A stretch of 64,000 bases of DNA, taken from the NCBI GenBank assembly GCA_964291285.2, contig OZ219787.1, positions 192,001-256,000 of the forward strand, in the 5' to 3' direction. Below, piece after piece: positions 38,282 to 48,895 of this stretch; position 1 is the first letter of the stretch; every line of letters starts with the position of its first letter. Made by a program: the position numbers and the translations under genes. The notes under the pieces are model-generated. The model saw only the letters and a program-made list of their open reading frames with translations. It was not told where the DNA came from and did no database searches. The stretch comes from Alphaproteobacteria bacterium. Lineage in GTDB: Bacteria > Pseudomonadota > Alphaproteobacteria > Bin95.

Positions 38282-38953
38282 TCAGCCCATGTGCTGCGCG
38301 AAGAAGGCGAGGCTGCGTTCGCGGGCGAGCTTTGCCGACTCCGGGTGGAAGTCGCCGCGATGGTCGCAGTTGAAGCCGTGGCCGGCGGGGTAGATATGGA
38401 CCTCCGCCTCTGGCTGGGCGCCGCGGATCGCCTCCACATCGTCCATCGGGATGCCGTGGTCCTGCTCGCCGAAATGCATCATCACGGGGTTCTTCGCCGC
38501 CTCGTCCTTGCGGGGCATGATCTGCCCGCCGTAATAGCAGACGCTGGCATCGACCCCGATGCGGGTCGCGACGAGGAAGGAGGCGGACCCGCCCCAGCAA
38601 TAGCCGACCGAGCCGATCTTTCCCGCGCCCGCCGCCCGGAGCCCCTCGACCGCCGCGGCCATGTCCCCGACCGCCACATCGAACGGTGAGGCGGCCATGA
38701 TGTCGCGCGCCTTCGCGATGTCCTCCGGCGTGTAGCCGCATTCGAAGCGCCGCTCGGCCCGGTCGTAGAGCGAGGGCGCCCAGGCGAGATAGCCGTCGGC
38801 CGCATAGCCGTCCGCCACCTCGCGGATATGGGCGTTGACGCCGAAAATCTCCTGGATGACCAGCATGCCGCCCTTCGGCGCGCCCGCCGGCGCGGCCGTG
38901 TAGCAGTCCATCCGGAAGCCGCCGCCCGCCTCAATCTCGATCCACTCGCCCAT
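38282..38953 (-). CDS. Dienelactone hydrolase family protein
   Basis: QEIFGVN, GYCWGG, AGHGFNCD. Confidence 0.92.
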   Translation of the reverse strand: MGEWIEIEAGGGFRMDCYTAAPAGAPKGGMLVIQEIFGVNAHIREVADGYAADGYLAWAPSLYDRAERRFECGYTPEDIAKARDIMAASPFDVAVGDMAAAVEGLRAAGAGKIGSVGYCWGGSASFLVATRIGVDASVCYYGGQIMPRKDEAAKNPVMMHFGEQDHGIPMDDVEAIRGAQPEAEVHIYPAGHGFNCDHRGDFHPESAKLARERSLAFFAQHMG

Positions 38954-39092
38954 CGTCTTCCTTCTCCTGCCAAAGGCTTTTCGGTTCGCAGGCTGTTTAG
39001 CGCCTCCCCCGCCGGCCCGCAATGCGCGGGCCGCTGTCAGGCTACAATGGAATCCATTCGCCCTGGACCGTGTTTCGCAACGGGCACACAAC

Positions 39093-39197
39093 CGTCACCC
39101 CGGCCGGAGCGAGGCGGAGAGCCGGGGGCCATCTCCCGGCGTTTCCACAAGGCCGAACCGGTCAGGGTTGGGCCCCGGATCGGGGTCCGGGGCGACG
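39093..39197. repeat. REP/RPE-like palindromic element
   Basis: Ends CGTCACCCCGG / CCGGGGCGACG with two internal hairpins. Confidence 0.65.
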
Positions 39198-39240
39198 AAT
39201 GGGGCCAGGGCCGACCGCTGCCCGGCTGATCGGATTGCGC

Positions 39241-40596
39241 TCAGGCGAGCCCGGCCATGACCTGCCGGAAGCGGGCGAGCGGGGCGGGGTTGCGCAGCAT
39301 GGTGAGCGGCACGCTGAAATGCCCCCGGCGCCAGATGAAACGGTTGGCCGGCGGCACGCCCCAGCGGTCGATCAGCGCCCGCGCGCCGGCATAGGGCGTG
39401 ACGCGGTCATAAGCGCCGAGCACGGTCACGATGTTCTCCGGTGCGACCGCCGTCCCGTCCACCGGGTCCAGCAGCGGCGTGAAGCGGCGCGCCGTCTCCG
39501 GCGTCCATCCCTGCGCCATCGTGGCTTCGGCGATGCCCCAGGCGCGCGCAAGCCGCCCCTGCATCGCCTCCTCTATGCGCCCGCAATGGGTGACCAGGAA
39601 CATCGCGTCCGGCCGGAGCCGGTCGGGCCAGAGGCGCGCGCGGTCGGCGACGATCTGCGCCGTCATCGCGCCCAGGCTGCTGCCGCCGATGGCGACCGGG
39701 CCCCGGCTCGCCTGCCGGCACCAGTCGATCAGCACCGCCCATTCGCGCGCGGCGGCGGTGAAATGGTCGAACGCCCCGCAGGGCGCCGTCGCGACGAACT
39801 GCTCGCCGCCATAGCGGCCGGGCGGCACGCGCCGGCCGTGCCAGGGCGCTTCCGGGCGCACCACCCTGAGGCCCGCTGCGACAAGGCCCTCCACCTCGTC
39901 CGCCACGCCGCGCCAGTGGTCGAACTCGACCCCGATACCGTGGCCGAAAATCAGCGTCGGCGGGTCGGCGGCCCCGGCGGGCTCGTACACCCGGGCGATG
40001 ACGTCGTCCGCCATGCGGACCGAGGGGGAGGGGAAGCGAAGCCAGTAATCCCGCCGGCCGGGCGCGGCCGGAAAGGCATGCGAGACCCGGACAGGGGGCA
40101 TGGGGTCCGGGACGGCGAAGGCGCGGGCCGGGTCTTCGAGGACGCCGCCATAGAGCGCCTCCACCTCCGCAGGGTCCGGAATCCGCCAGCGGAAAGGCGC
40201 GGCCCGGCCGTGCGCGGCGAAGGGCGCGAAGAGCCGGCGCAGCGCATTGTAGGCGTGGCGGTCGGACAGCCGCCTCCGCTCCACCCCCTCCAGCGCGTCC
40301 GGGGCCGGGGCGGAGGGGCCGAAAAAGGCGTCCTCCCAGGCGCGCCCGCTCTCCCGCGCCCGCGTCCGCGCCCGTTCGAAGCGCGCGAGCCGGCCGGCCA
40401 GCGCGCGCTCCAGGCGCGGGGCGAGCGGGGCGGGAAGCTCCGCGGCGTAGCGCCCGACCGAGCCTTCCGCCGCCCGCGCCGCCGCCCAGAGGCGGGACAG
40501 CGGGAAGAACCAGCCGGACAGGAACGCAAGCGCCGCATGGTCGAACCAGGGCCGCGCGACCAGCCCGCCCAGCGGCGAGCGGAGGCATGCGATCAT
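39241..40596 (-). CDS. Alpha/beta hydrolase family protein
   Basis: PWHGRR, GSSLGA, GAYD...GH. Confidence 0.75.
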   Translation of the reverse strand: MIACLRSPLGGLVARPWFDHAALAFLSGWFFPLSRLWAAARAAEGSVGRYAAELPAPLAPRLERALAGRLARFERARTRARESGRAWEDAFFGPSAPAPDALEGVERRRLSDRHAYNALRRLFAPFAAHGRAAPFRWRIPDPAEVEALYGGVLEDPARAFAVPDPMPPVRVSHAFPAAPGRRDYWLRFPSPSVRMADDVIARVYEPAGAADPPTLIFGHGIGVEFDHWRGVADEVEGLVAAGLRVVRPEAPWHGRRVPPGRYGGEQFVATAPCGAFDHFTAAAREWAVLIDWCRQASRGPVAIGGSSLGAMTAQIVADRARLWPDRLRPDAMFLVTHCGRIEEAMQGRLARAWGIAEATMAQGWTPETARRFTPLLDPVDGTAVAPENIVTVLGAYDRVTPYAGARALIDRWGVPPANRFIWRRGHFSVPLTMLRNPAPLARFRQVMAGLA

Positions 40597-40630
40597 CAGC
40601 TCCGGGACCGGAAGGCCGCGATGGGTTTGC

Positions 40631-42067
40631 TTATTCAGAATTGGCCCGTTTCTGCTCGAGATGCGTGCGCAGCTGCTGGATCGAGGCGGCGTAATAGGCC
40701 AGCAGCGGGCGCTGGCGCTCCTCCGGCGCGAAGCCGCCCTCCCGTTCCGCTATCAGCCGCCGCTTGCGCAAGGCCAGCACCGCCCTGTCGATGTCGGCGG
40801 CCTCGCCGCCTTCCCTGAGCGCGATATGGGCACCGAGCGCGCGGGCTTCATCGAGCCATAGCAGGGCGCGGCGTTTTATCGCTTCGGCGCCCAGCGGCCC
40901 GTCGGCCTCGACCAGCACCGTCGAGACCAGCGGCACGGCGAGCACCGGCACGACATCGACGATGCGGTGCGTGAGCTCCCGGCCCAGCTCCTCGACGGCG
41001 GCGAACAGGCCCTTGCGGTCCAGTTCCGAGAAATTCAGCCCCCGTTCGCCCGCCCACTCCCTGAGCGAGACCGGCTCGCCGAAATTGGCGCAGGCGACCC
41101 CGAACCCGGCAAACCGGCCCTGGAGCTTCCGCCAGGCCATGCGGGCGACGAACCGGGCCGTCGAGCCGAACACGAACCTGCCGCCGCGGCCCTTGAAATC
41201 GGCGTCGGGATCGGCGACCAGCGTGCGCTCCTCCATCACGCGGTCGAAATTGGTCGCGACGGGAATGAACTCGATGTCATAGGCGCCCGCCGGGTCGAAA
41301 TTCTTGGTGATGTAGCCCAGCATGCCGAGCCTCGGCCGGTGGATCATGCCGTCGCGGGAGAGCTTCCCCTCGGCGAAGATCGCATGGGGCACGCACGCCT
41401 CGGTCGCCATCTGCACATAGCGCTCCAGCACCTTGCGGTAGAGCGGATCGCCCGAGTCGCGGCGCAGGATATAGACGCCGGCGAGTCTGAGCAGGCTGCG
41501 GATCGGCCAGACGCGCGCCCATTCGCCGGCGCCGTAGGACAGCGCGACGGAGCGCGCCGCGAGATAGGTCACCAGCAGGTAATCGACATTGCTGCGGTGG
41601 TTGATGAAGAAGACCACGGCCGTGTCCGGCGGCGCCCTCGCCGCGGCGCGCTCATGGGCGAAACCCAGCCGAACCCGATAGAAGCCGCGCAGCAGCCGGC
41701 GGGCGCAGTGGAAGCCCGGCTTGAAGTAGAAATAGGCATTGAAGGCCGGCACCATTTCCCGCGCGATCGAGGAGACCTCGGTCATCAGGCTCTCGCGCTC
41801 CACGCTGCGCTCGACGGCAACCTCTCCGACCGTCTTCATCACCTCGGGGTCGAAGACGAGGCGGTCGATCAGCACCCGGCGGGTGGTCAGCTGGAAGGTC
41901 GGCAGCTCGAGCCCGAACCGGGCGTTCACCTCGGCGATGGCGCGGTTCACCCGGCGGCGCAGATACCAGCGCAGACCGGGCATGAAAACGTCGTCCACGG
42001 CCGCCAGCACCGCCAGCCCGACAATGATGGCGAACAGCCAGACCGGCAGTTCGACCGTCGATGTCAT
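40631..42067 (-). CDS. Glycerol-3-phosphate acyltransferase-like (PlsB/PlsC superfamily)
   Basis: NHRSNVD, FAEGKLSRDG. Confidence 0.85.
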   Translation of the reverse strand: MTSTVELPVWLFAIIVGLAVLAAVDDVFMPGLRWYLRRRVNRAIAEVNARFGLELPTFQLTTRRVLIDRLVFDPEVMKTVGEVAVERSVERESLMTEVSSIAREMVPAFNAYFYFKPGFHCARRLLRGFYRVRLGFAHERAAARAPPDTAVVFFINHRSNVDYLLVTYLAARSVALSYGAGEWARVWPIRSLLRLAGVYILRRDSGDPLYRKVLERYVQMATEACVPHAIFAEGKLSRDGMIHRPRLGMLGYITKNFDPAGAYDIEFIPVATNFDRVMEERTLVADPDADFKGRGGRFVFGSTARFVARMAWRKLQGRFAGFGVACANFGEPVSLREWAGERGLNFSELDRKGLFAAVEELGRELTHRIVDVVPVLAVPLVSTVLVEADGPLGAEAIKRRALLWLDEARALGAHIALREGGEAADIDRAVLALRKRRLIAEREGGFAPEERQRPLLAYYAASIQQLRTHLEQKRANSE

Positions 42068-42240
42068 CGGCAACCCGGCCGGTCTGTCGAGCGCATTCGC
42101 CGGAGCCCCCTCGCATGGCGCCGCCCAACCGGGCCCGGAGAAGACCGGACGAAGGGCAGCGGGTGGAAAACCGCGATGCAAGCGGGACCTTGTCCCCTGC
42201 GGCCGCGCGCTGTCAAGCGAGGCGCCGGGCGTGCGTTGCG

Positions 42241-42816
42241 CTACAGGGTGAAGTCCGTGAACGCCACCGCTTCGGTCTCGTTATCGAGCACGGCGAAGCT
42301 GAGGCGCCGGCCGTTGGCGTGGTCGCGGGCATCACCGGCCGAGCCCGGATTGACGACCAGCACCCCGCCGACGCGCCGGGCCACCTGCATGTGGGTGTGG
42401 CCGTAGAGCACGAAGCGCGCATCCGCCTCGCCGAACCGGCGGAACTCGCGGCTGTGCGGATAGACATAGGCGCCGTAAGGGTCCCAGGCGGTCGAATGGA
42501 CCATCAGCAGCGTCTTGCCGCCATAGTCGAGCCGCCTCGTGCGCGGCTGGCTGCCGAGCCACGCCATGAGGTCCGTGTCGATCCATTCCGCCTGCCGCGC
42601 GCGCTCGCCGCCGGCGCCGAAGAACACTTCCTCATGATTGCCGAGAATCGTCTTTGCGCCCCGGTCGCGCAGGAATGCGGCGACCTCGTTGGAGAAGCGG
42701 TATTCATAGATGGAATCGCCGAGGCAGAGCAGGTCGTCCACATGGCCCATGAGGGCGACGGCCTTTTCGAGGCCGGCGATATTGCAGTGCAGGTCCGAGA
42801 CGATGCCGAGCCTCAC
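42241..42816 (-). CDS. Metallophosphoesterase
   Basis: SDLH, LGD, GNHE, GHTH, NPGS. Confidence 0.9.
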   Translation of the reverse strand: MRLGIVSDLHCNIAGLEKAVALMGHVDDLLCLGDSIYEYRFSNEVAAFLRDRGAKTILGNHEEVFFGAGGERARQAEWIDTDLMAWLGSQPRTRRLDYGGKTLLMVHSTAWDPYGAYVYPHSREFRRFGEADARFVLYGHTHMQVARRVGGVLVVNPGSAGDARDHANGRRLSFAVLDNETEAVAFTDFTL

Positions 42817-43937
42817 GGCGTTTCCAGCCCCAGGCCGTAGGTTGCGGGGTCCAGCCGCTCGAAGATTTCCCGGCTCAGGATTCCGGCAACCGGTTCGACC
42901 GACCGCTCGGCCTCCGCGAACAGGCTGCGGTATTTGTCGTGCAGCCGGCGGAAGACGGCCGCGAGCGCGCCCACTCCTTCGGCTTCGGAGCGCAGTTCCA
43001 CCGTTTCCGGCCCGACGTCGAACCCGGCCGCTTGGCGCACCAGGGCCGGATGGGCGCGGCTGAAGGCGATGCCGGCGTCCTCCATCGCCTCGCGCGCCTT
43101 TTCGTCGGCGGCCCGGTAGGCAAGCGCGGCGGCGGCAAGGCCCGGCGGCGCGGCTTCCAGCAGTACGGCCCGTTCCTCCCGCGTCAGCATCCGCCAGAAC
43201 CCCAGATTCGCGGTAAACGGACTTGCGACACGGTGGACGCCCAGATGCATGGCCGTAACCGCCCGCACCTGGCGCGCAAGGGCGGGTTCGGCAAGCAGCG
43301 CGACGGGGCCCAGCACCGCGTCGATATCTCCCTTTTTCATGGCCGCCGCCAGACGTCCGTCAACCTCTTCCGGCCGGCCGTCGAGGCGCTTCAGCAGGTC
43401 GTCCCAGGGCAGTCCCGGGCTGGCGATGCGCGCGCCTTTCAGCGTGTCCGCCCGCGCCAGCGGCAGGGGAGAAAGCAGATGGAACGGGCCGGCCGCGTGG
43501 CTGCCGAGAAACACGATCCCGCGCTCCGCCAGGGACTTCAGACATGCCGGGCAATGCAGCATGACGAACTCGGTCATCGCGGCAGCGCCGGCCATAGGGT
43601 CGGGTCCGGCCAGCGCTAGGCGGCCGAGGGTCACCCTGTGCGGCAGGCCGGCGGGATGGGCCGTGAGCGTCGCATAGCCCATCTGCGCGTCGCCATGCGC
43701 AAGGCCGTCCACTACGCGCTTCCGGCCGAGGAGCGAGCCGTCCACGAACAGCTGGAATGCGAAGCGCCGGCCCTGCTCCGCCGCCTCGGCGAAGCGGCGC
43801 CAGCCCGAGGCTGCAACCGGATGGGCCGCCGGCAGCGGCAGGTTGACCGAGATGATGCGCTGGCCTGCCGCCGGACCCGGAATCGACATCGCGGCCAGCA
43901 GCAGGCAACCGGCAAGAACGGGTCCGGCCCGTTTCAC
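42813..43937 (-). CDS. DctP-like TRAP substrate-binding protein
   Basis: Signal peptide; LPAAHP, DGSLLG, LKGARI. Confidence 0.65.
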   Translation of the reverse strand: MKRAGPVLAGCLLLAAMSIPGPAAGQRIISVNLPLPAAHPVAASGWRRFAEAAEQGRRFAFQLFVDGSLLGRKRVVDGLAHGDAQMGYATLTAHPAGLPHRVTLGRLALAGPDPMAGAAAMTEFVMLHCPACLKSLAERGIVFLGSHAAGPFHLLSPLPLARADTLKGARIASPGLPWDDLLKRLDGRPEEVDGRLAAAMKKGDIDAVLGPVALLAEPALARQVRAVTAMHLGVHRVASPFTANLGFWRMLTREERAVLLEAAPPGLAAAALAYRAADEKAREAMEDAGIAFSRAHPALVRQAAGFDVGPETVELRSEAEGVGALAAVFRRLHDKYRSLFAEAERSVEPVAGILSREIFERLDPATYGLGLETP

Positions 43938-46702
43938 GGGCGCTCTGCCGCGGTCCCTTCCCCGGCCGGCACAACCCGGGCGGCGCAGAACTTGAACTCC
44001 GGGATCTTGCCCCAGGGGTCCAGCTGCGGGTTGGTGAGCTCATTTGCTGCCGCCTCGACATAGGCGAACGGCGCAAAGACAAGGCCCGCCGGCACCGCGC
44101 CGTCCATGCGCGCGGTGAGCTCGATGGCGCCTCGGCGCGTCTCGACGCGCACCCGGTCGCCCGGCGCAAGGCCAAGCGCGCGCAGGTCCACCGGCGCGAG
44201 GCTCGCGGTTGCCTCCGGCTCAATGGCGTCCAGCATGCTCGCGCGCCGCGTCATGGCGCCGGTGTGCCAGTGCTCCAATTGCCTGCCCGTCGTCAGCACC
44301 ATCGGGAACTCCGCATCGGGCTCCTCGGCGGGCGGCACGATGTCGGCCGGCACGAACCGCGCCCGGCCGTCGCCGGTCGGGAAGCGGTCGGCGAACACCA
44401 CCGGATGGCCCGGATGGTCCGGCCCATCGGACGGGTAGGTCACCGCGCTTTCGGCCTCCAGGCGCTCCCAGCCGATATGGTCCAGCGACGGCATCAGTCC
44501 CGCCATTTCGGCATAGACGTCGCGCGGATGGTCGTAGTTCCAGTCGAGGCCCATGCGCCGGGCGATGTCCTGGATGATCCGCCAGTCCTCGCGCGCCCCG
44601 CCCGGCGGCTCGAACGCCTTGCGCCCGCGCTGCACCTGGCGGTTGGTGTTGGTCACCGTCCCGTCCTTCTCCGGCCAGGCCGAGGCCGGCAGCACGACAT
44701 CGGCGAACATCGCCGTCTCGGTCAGGAACAGGTCCTGCACCACGAGGTGGTCGAGCTTCGCCAGCGCCTCGCGGGCGTGGGCCGCGTCGGGGTCCGACAT
44801 CGCCGGGTTCTCGCCCATGATGTACATGGCGCGCACGCCGCCCTCGTGGATCGCATCGACGATCTCGACCACGGTCAGGCCCGGCTCCGGGTCGAGCTCC
44901 ACGCCCCACGCCGCCTCGAAGCGCGCCCGGGCCTCCGGCTCGGCGACGCGCCGGTAGTCGGGATACATCATCGGTATGAGGCCGGCGTCGGAGGCGCCCT
45001 GCACGTTGTTCTGGCCGCGCAGCGGATGCAGCCCGGTGCCCGGCCGTCCGACATGGCCGCACATCAGCGCCAGCGCGATCAGGCAGCGGGCATTGTCCGT
45101 GCCGTGGACATGCTGCGAGACGCCCATGCCCCAGAAGATCATCGCGCGCCCGGCCCGCGCATAGACCCGCGCGACCTCCTTCAGCATGTCGGCGTCGATG
45201 CCGCAGAGCGGGGCCATCCGTTCCGGCGGGAAGGCGGCGAGATGGTCCTTCAGCGCCTCGAAGTCCGCCGTGTGCGCGGCGACATACTGCCGGTCGTAAA
45301 GCTCCTCGGCGACGATGGTGTGCATGATCGCGTTCAGCATCGCCACGTCGCGGCCGGGGCGGAATTGCAGCATGTGCGTCGCGTGGCGTTTCAACGCCTG
45401 GCCGCGCGGGTCCATGACGATCAGCGCCGCGCCGCGCTTCGCCGCCTGCTTGAAATAGGTGGCGGCGACGGGGTGGTTCTCGGTCGGGTTGGCGCCGATC
45501 ACGATCAGCGCATCGGCGTTGCGGGCCTCGTTGAAGGTGGCGGTGACGGCGCCGGAGCCGATGCCTTCCAGCAGCGCCGCCACCGAGGAGGCGTGGCAGA
45601 GGCGCGTGCAGTGGTCCACATTGTTGGAGCCGAAACCGGTGCGCACCAGCTTCTGGAAGAGATAAGCCTCCTCGTTCGACCCCTTGGCGGAGCCGAAACC
45701 GGCGAGCGCGCGGCGGCCGTGCGCCTCTTTCGCGGCCAGCAGCCCGGCGGCCGCCCTGTCCAGCGCCTCCTCCCAGTCCGCCTCGCGGAAATGGGTCAGC
45801 GGCCGGGCGGGGTCCACATTCATGCCCTTGGGCGTGTCCTCGCGGCGGATCAGAGGGCGCGTCAGCCGCTCCGGGTGGGAGATGTAGTCGAAGCCGAACC
45901 GGCCCTTGACGCAGAGCCTCTGCTCGTTTGCCGGGCCGTCGCGGCCCTCGACCGAAACGAGTCGGTCGCCGCTTATCGAGTAGGTGATCTGGCAGCCGAC
46001 GCCGCAATAGGGGCAGACGCTGTCCACCCGGCGGTCCGGTGGCGGCGCGCCGAGGGCCGTCTTCGGCATCAGCGCGCCCGTCGGGCAGGCCTGCACGCAC
46101 TCGCCGCAGGCCACGCAGGTCGAACCGCCCATCGGGTCGTCGAAATCGAAGACGATCTGCGTTTCCGCGCCGCGCCCGGCCATACCGATGACATCGTTGA
46201 CCTGCACCTCCCGGCAGGCTCGCACGCAGAGATTGCAATGGATGCAGGCATCGAGATTGACCGCCATAGCCGGATGGCTTGCATCCTCCGGCGGCGCCTC
46301 GCGCGCGGGCAGGCGGCCGGCTTCGAGCCCGGCATCGGCAATCCAGCGGCCGAAGCGCGAAGCGGGGTCGTGGGCCTCGGCCGGCTGGTCCGCCAGCAGC
46401 AGTTCCAGCACCATGCGCCGGGCGCGTTCCGGCCGGTCGCCGGCGCTGTTCACGATCATGCCCGCCTCGGGATGGCGCAGGCAGGACGGCGCAAGCGCCC
46501 GTTCGCCTTCGATCTCGATCATGCAGGCGCGGCAATTGCCGTCGGCGCGGTAGCCGGGTTCCGGCGCGTAGCAGAGATGCGGCAGCACCGTGCCCAGACG
46601 CGCGGCCGCCTGCCAGATGGTCTCGCCCGGCAGTGCAAACACCTCGCGGCCGTCCAGTGTGAAGGAGACTTGCTCGGCGGTCGTGTCGGGCTTTTCGGTC
46701 AT
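43934..46702 (-). CDS. fdhF: Formate dehydrogenase alpha subunit (Cys-type)
   Basis: Fe-S motifs; CPYCGVGC, CTRLCHASS, LRGQNNVQG. Confidence 0.9.
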   Translation of the reverse strand: MTEKPDTTAEQVSFTLDGREVFALPGETIWQAAARLGTVLPHLCYAPEPGYRADGNCRACMIEIEGERALAPSCLRHPEAGMIVNSAGDRPERARRMVLELLLADQPAEAHDPASRFGRWIADAGLEAGRLPAREAPPEDASHPAMAVNLDACIHCNLCVRACREVQVNDVIGMAGRGAETQIVFDFDDPMGGSTCVACGECVQACPTGALMPKTALGAPPPDRRVDSVCPYCGVGCQITYSISGDRLVSVEGRDGPANEQRLCVKGRFGFDYISHPERLTRPLIRREDTPKGMNVDPARPLTHFREADWEEALDRAAAGLLAAKEAHGRRALAGFGSAKGSNEEAYLFQKLVRTGFGSNNVDHCTRLCHASSVAALLEGIGSGAVTATFNEARNADALIVIGANPTENHPVAATYFKQAAKRGAALIVMDPRGQALKRHATHMLQFRPGRDVAMLNAIMHTIVAEELYDRQYVAAHTADFEALKDHLAAFPPERMAPLCGIDADMLKEVARVYARAGRAMIFWGMGVSQHVHGTDNARCLIALALMCGHVGRPGTGLHPLRGQNNVQGASDAGLIPMMYPDYRRVAEPEARARFEAAWGVELDPEPGLTVVEIVDAIHEGGVRAMYIMGENPAMSDPDAAHAREALAKLDHLVVQDLFLTETAMFADVVLPASAWPEKDGTVTNTNRQVQRGRKAFEPPGGAREDWRIIQDIARRMGLDWNYDHPRDVYAEMAGLMPSLDHIGWERLEAESAVTYPSDGPDHPGHPVVFADRFPTGDGRARFVPADIVPPAEEPDAEFPMVLTTGRQLEHWHTGAMTRRASMLDAIEPEATASLAPVDLRALGLAPGDRVRVETRRGAIELTARMDGAVPAGLVFAPFAYVEAAANELTNPQLDPWGKIPEFKFCAARVVPAGEGTAAERP

Positions 46703-46710
46703 GGGCGGCG

Positions 46711-46814
46711 CTTGCACTCCCTCTCCCGCCTCCCATATACCAATGCCGCCGGACGCTGCAATGCCCGGGTCCGGCAGATGCGCGTCTCGCTTGGTATTGA
46801 GGGGAAGCAGCGTC
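46711..46814 (+). promoter_or_regulatory. RpoH-type promoter and possible ROSE-like leader of hsp20
   Basis: CTTGCA-N15-CCCATAT; TCGCT motif ahead of the SD. Confidence 0.55.
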
Positions 46815-47231
46815 ATGTCGCGAATGCCCGTTTTCAACAGCCCGCTGCTGTTGGGGTTCGACCGTCTGGAGCAGATGCTCGATTCCGTGTCGAAGGCGTC
46901 GGCCGACGGCTACCCGCCCTACAATATCGAGCAGACGGGCGCCGACAGGCTGCGCATTTCACTGGCGGTAGCGGGCTTCGCGCGCGAGGACCTCTCGATC
47001 TCGGTCGAGGATCGGCAGTTGATCGTGCGCGGCCGCCAGAGCGAGGAAGCCGAGGGGCGCGTCTTCCTTCACCGGGGCATCGCGGCGCGCCAGTTCCAGC
47101 GCCGGTTCGTGCTGGCCGAGGGCATCGAGGTGCAGAAAGCGCATACAGAAAACGGGCTTCTGCATATCGACCTCGTGCGTCCGGAGCCGGAGGTCCGCAG
47201 CCGCAGCATCGAGATCGACGCCGGCCCGTAG
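46815..47231 (+). CDS. Small heat-shock protein (Hsp20/IbpA family)
   Basis: LLGFD, YPPYNIE, LAVAGF, LHRGIAARQFQRRF, NGLLHIDL. Confidence 0.92.
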   Translation: MSRMPVFNSPLLLGFDRLEQMLDSVSKASADGYPPYNIEQTGADRLRISLAVAGFAREDLSISVEDRQLIVRGRQSEEAEGRVFLHRGIAARQFQRRFVLAEGIEVQKAHTENGLLHIDLVRPEPEVRSRSIEIDAGP

Positions 47232-47236
47232 GCCCG

Positions 47237-48895
47237 TCAGCGCTGTGCGGTCCGCCAGTCGGGCGCGGTGTAGAAGGGGGCGCCGGAGGACGGCAGGGGT
47301 GGCCGGCCGCGGATCATATCCGCCGCCTTCTCGGCAATCATGATGGTCGGCGCGTTGAGATTGCCGGTCGTGATCGCCGGCATGACCGAGCTGTCCACGA
47401 CCCGCAGGCCGTCCATGCCGCGAACCCGCAGTTCCGGATCGACGACCGCCATGTCGTCCGCGCCCATCCGGCAGGTGCCGCAGGGATGGTAGGCGCTCTG
47501 GACGGTCTCGCGGACAAAGGCGTCGATCTCCCCATCGCTCCGCACCGCCTGTCCCGGCGCGAGCTCCCGCCCCCGGTAAGGATCGAAGGCCGTCTGGGCG
47601 AAGAGTTCCCGCGTGAGGCGCACGCAGGCGCGCATCTCGGTCCAGTCGTCAGGGTGGCTCATATAGTTGAACCGCACACGCGGCGGCTCCAGCGGGTCGG
47701 CGGACGCCAGCCGGACTTCGCCGCGCGATTTCGAGCGCATCGGGCCGACATGGGCCTGATAGCCGTGGCAGCGGACCCGGTCGCTCATGTCGTAGGAGGC
47801 CGCAAGCGGCAGGAAGTGGTACTGGATGTCCGGCCAGCGCACGCCCGCGCGCGAGCGGATGAAGCCGCCCGCCTCGAAATGGTTGGTCGCGCCGAGACCG
47901 GACCGGAACAGCATCCAGCGGGCGCCGATCAGGGCCTTCTGCAGGAGGCCGGTTGCGGAATGGAGCGAGATGGGCTGCGTGCATTCCTGCTGGACATAAA
48001 GTTCCAGATGGTCCTGGAGGTTGCGGCCGACGCCGGGCAGGTCGCAGACGGTCTCGATGCCGTGCCCGGAGAGATGCGCGGCCGGGCCGATGCCCGACAG
48101 CATAAGGAGCTGCGGCGCGTTGATGGGCCCGCCGCTCAGAACGACCTCGCGCCGCGCCCGCGCGGTGCGGACCGCGCCGCCCTGCCGGTATTCGACGCCT
48201 GTGGCGCGTCGCCCGTCCAGCAGGATGCGGGTTGCGTGCGCGCCGGTCTCCACGGCGAGGCCGGACCTGCCGGTGGCGGGCCTGAGATACGCGTTGGCAG
48301 TGCTCCAGCGCCGGCCCCGGTGGACGGTCATGTCCATCGGCCCGAAGCCTTCCTGCCGGTAGCCGTTCATGTCGGCCGCGCGCGCGTAGCCGGCCTGCTT
48401 GCCCGCCTCGATGAAGGCAGCGTAGAGCGGGTTCGCCATCCGCCCGCGCGAGGTGTTGAGCGGACCGGAATCACCGCGCCAGTCGTCGCCGCCTCCGTTG
48501 CACGTCTCGGCCCTGCGGAAGTAGGGCAGCACCTCGGCCCAGGACCAGCCGGGTGCGCCGCCTTCCGCCCAGCCGTCATAATCGAGCGCGTTGCCGCGCA
48601 CATAGGCCATGCCGTTGACGGAGGACGAGCCGCCGAGCACCCGCCCGCGCGGACAGTGGAGGCGCCGCCCGCCGAGATGCGGCTCGGGCTCGGTCCGGTA
48701 GTGCCAGCCATAGCGCCTGTGGCCCATGGCGATGGCGAGCGCGGACGGCATCTGCAGGAAGATGCTGCGGTCGCTGCCGCCGGCCTCCAGCAGCAGGACC
48801 GTTGCCTTGCCGTCCTCGGTCAGCCGGTTGGCGAGCACGCATCCCGCGGACCCGGCACCGACCACGACGTAATCGAAGATCCGGCTTTCGCTCAT
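47237..48895 (-). CDS. betA: Choline dehydrogenase
   Basis: GAGSAG, GGSSSVNGMAYVRG, AYHPCGTC, GNLNAPTIM; divergent from choXWV. Confidence 0.92.
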   Translation of the reverse strand: MSESRIFDYVVVGAGSAGCVLANRLTEDGKATVLLLEAGGSDRSIFLQMPSALAIAMGHRRYGWHYRTEPEPHLGGRRLHCPRGRVLGGSSSVNGMAYVRGNALDYDGWAEGGAPGWSWAEVLPYFRRAETCNGGGDDWRGDSGPLNTSRGRMANPLYAAFIEAGKQAGYARAADMNGYRQEGFGPMDMTVHRGRRWSTANAYLRPATGRSGLAVETGAHATRILLDGRRATGVEYRQGGAVRTARARREVVLSGGPINAPQLLMLSGIGPAAHLSGHGIETVCDLPGVGRNLQDHLELYVQQECTQPISLHSATGLLQKALIGARWMLFRSGLGATNHFEAGGFIRSRAGVRWPDIQYHFLPLAASYDMSDRVRCHGYQAHVGPMRSKSRGEVRLASADPLEPPRVRFNYMSHPDDWTEMRACVRLTRELFAQTAFDPYRGRELAPGQAVRSDGEIDAFVRETVQSAYHPCGTCRMGADDMAVVDPELRVRGMDGLRVVDSSVMPAITTGNLNAPTIMIAEKAADMIRGRPPLPSSGAPFYTAPDWRTAQR

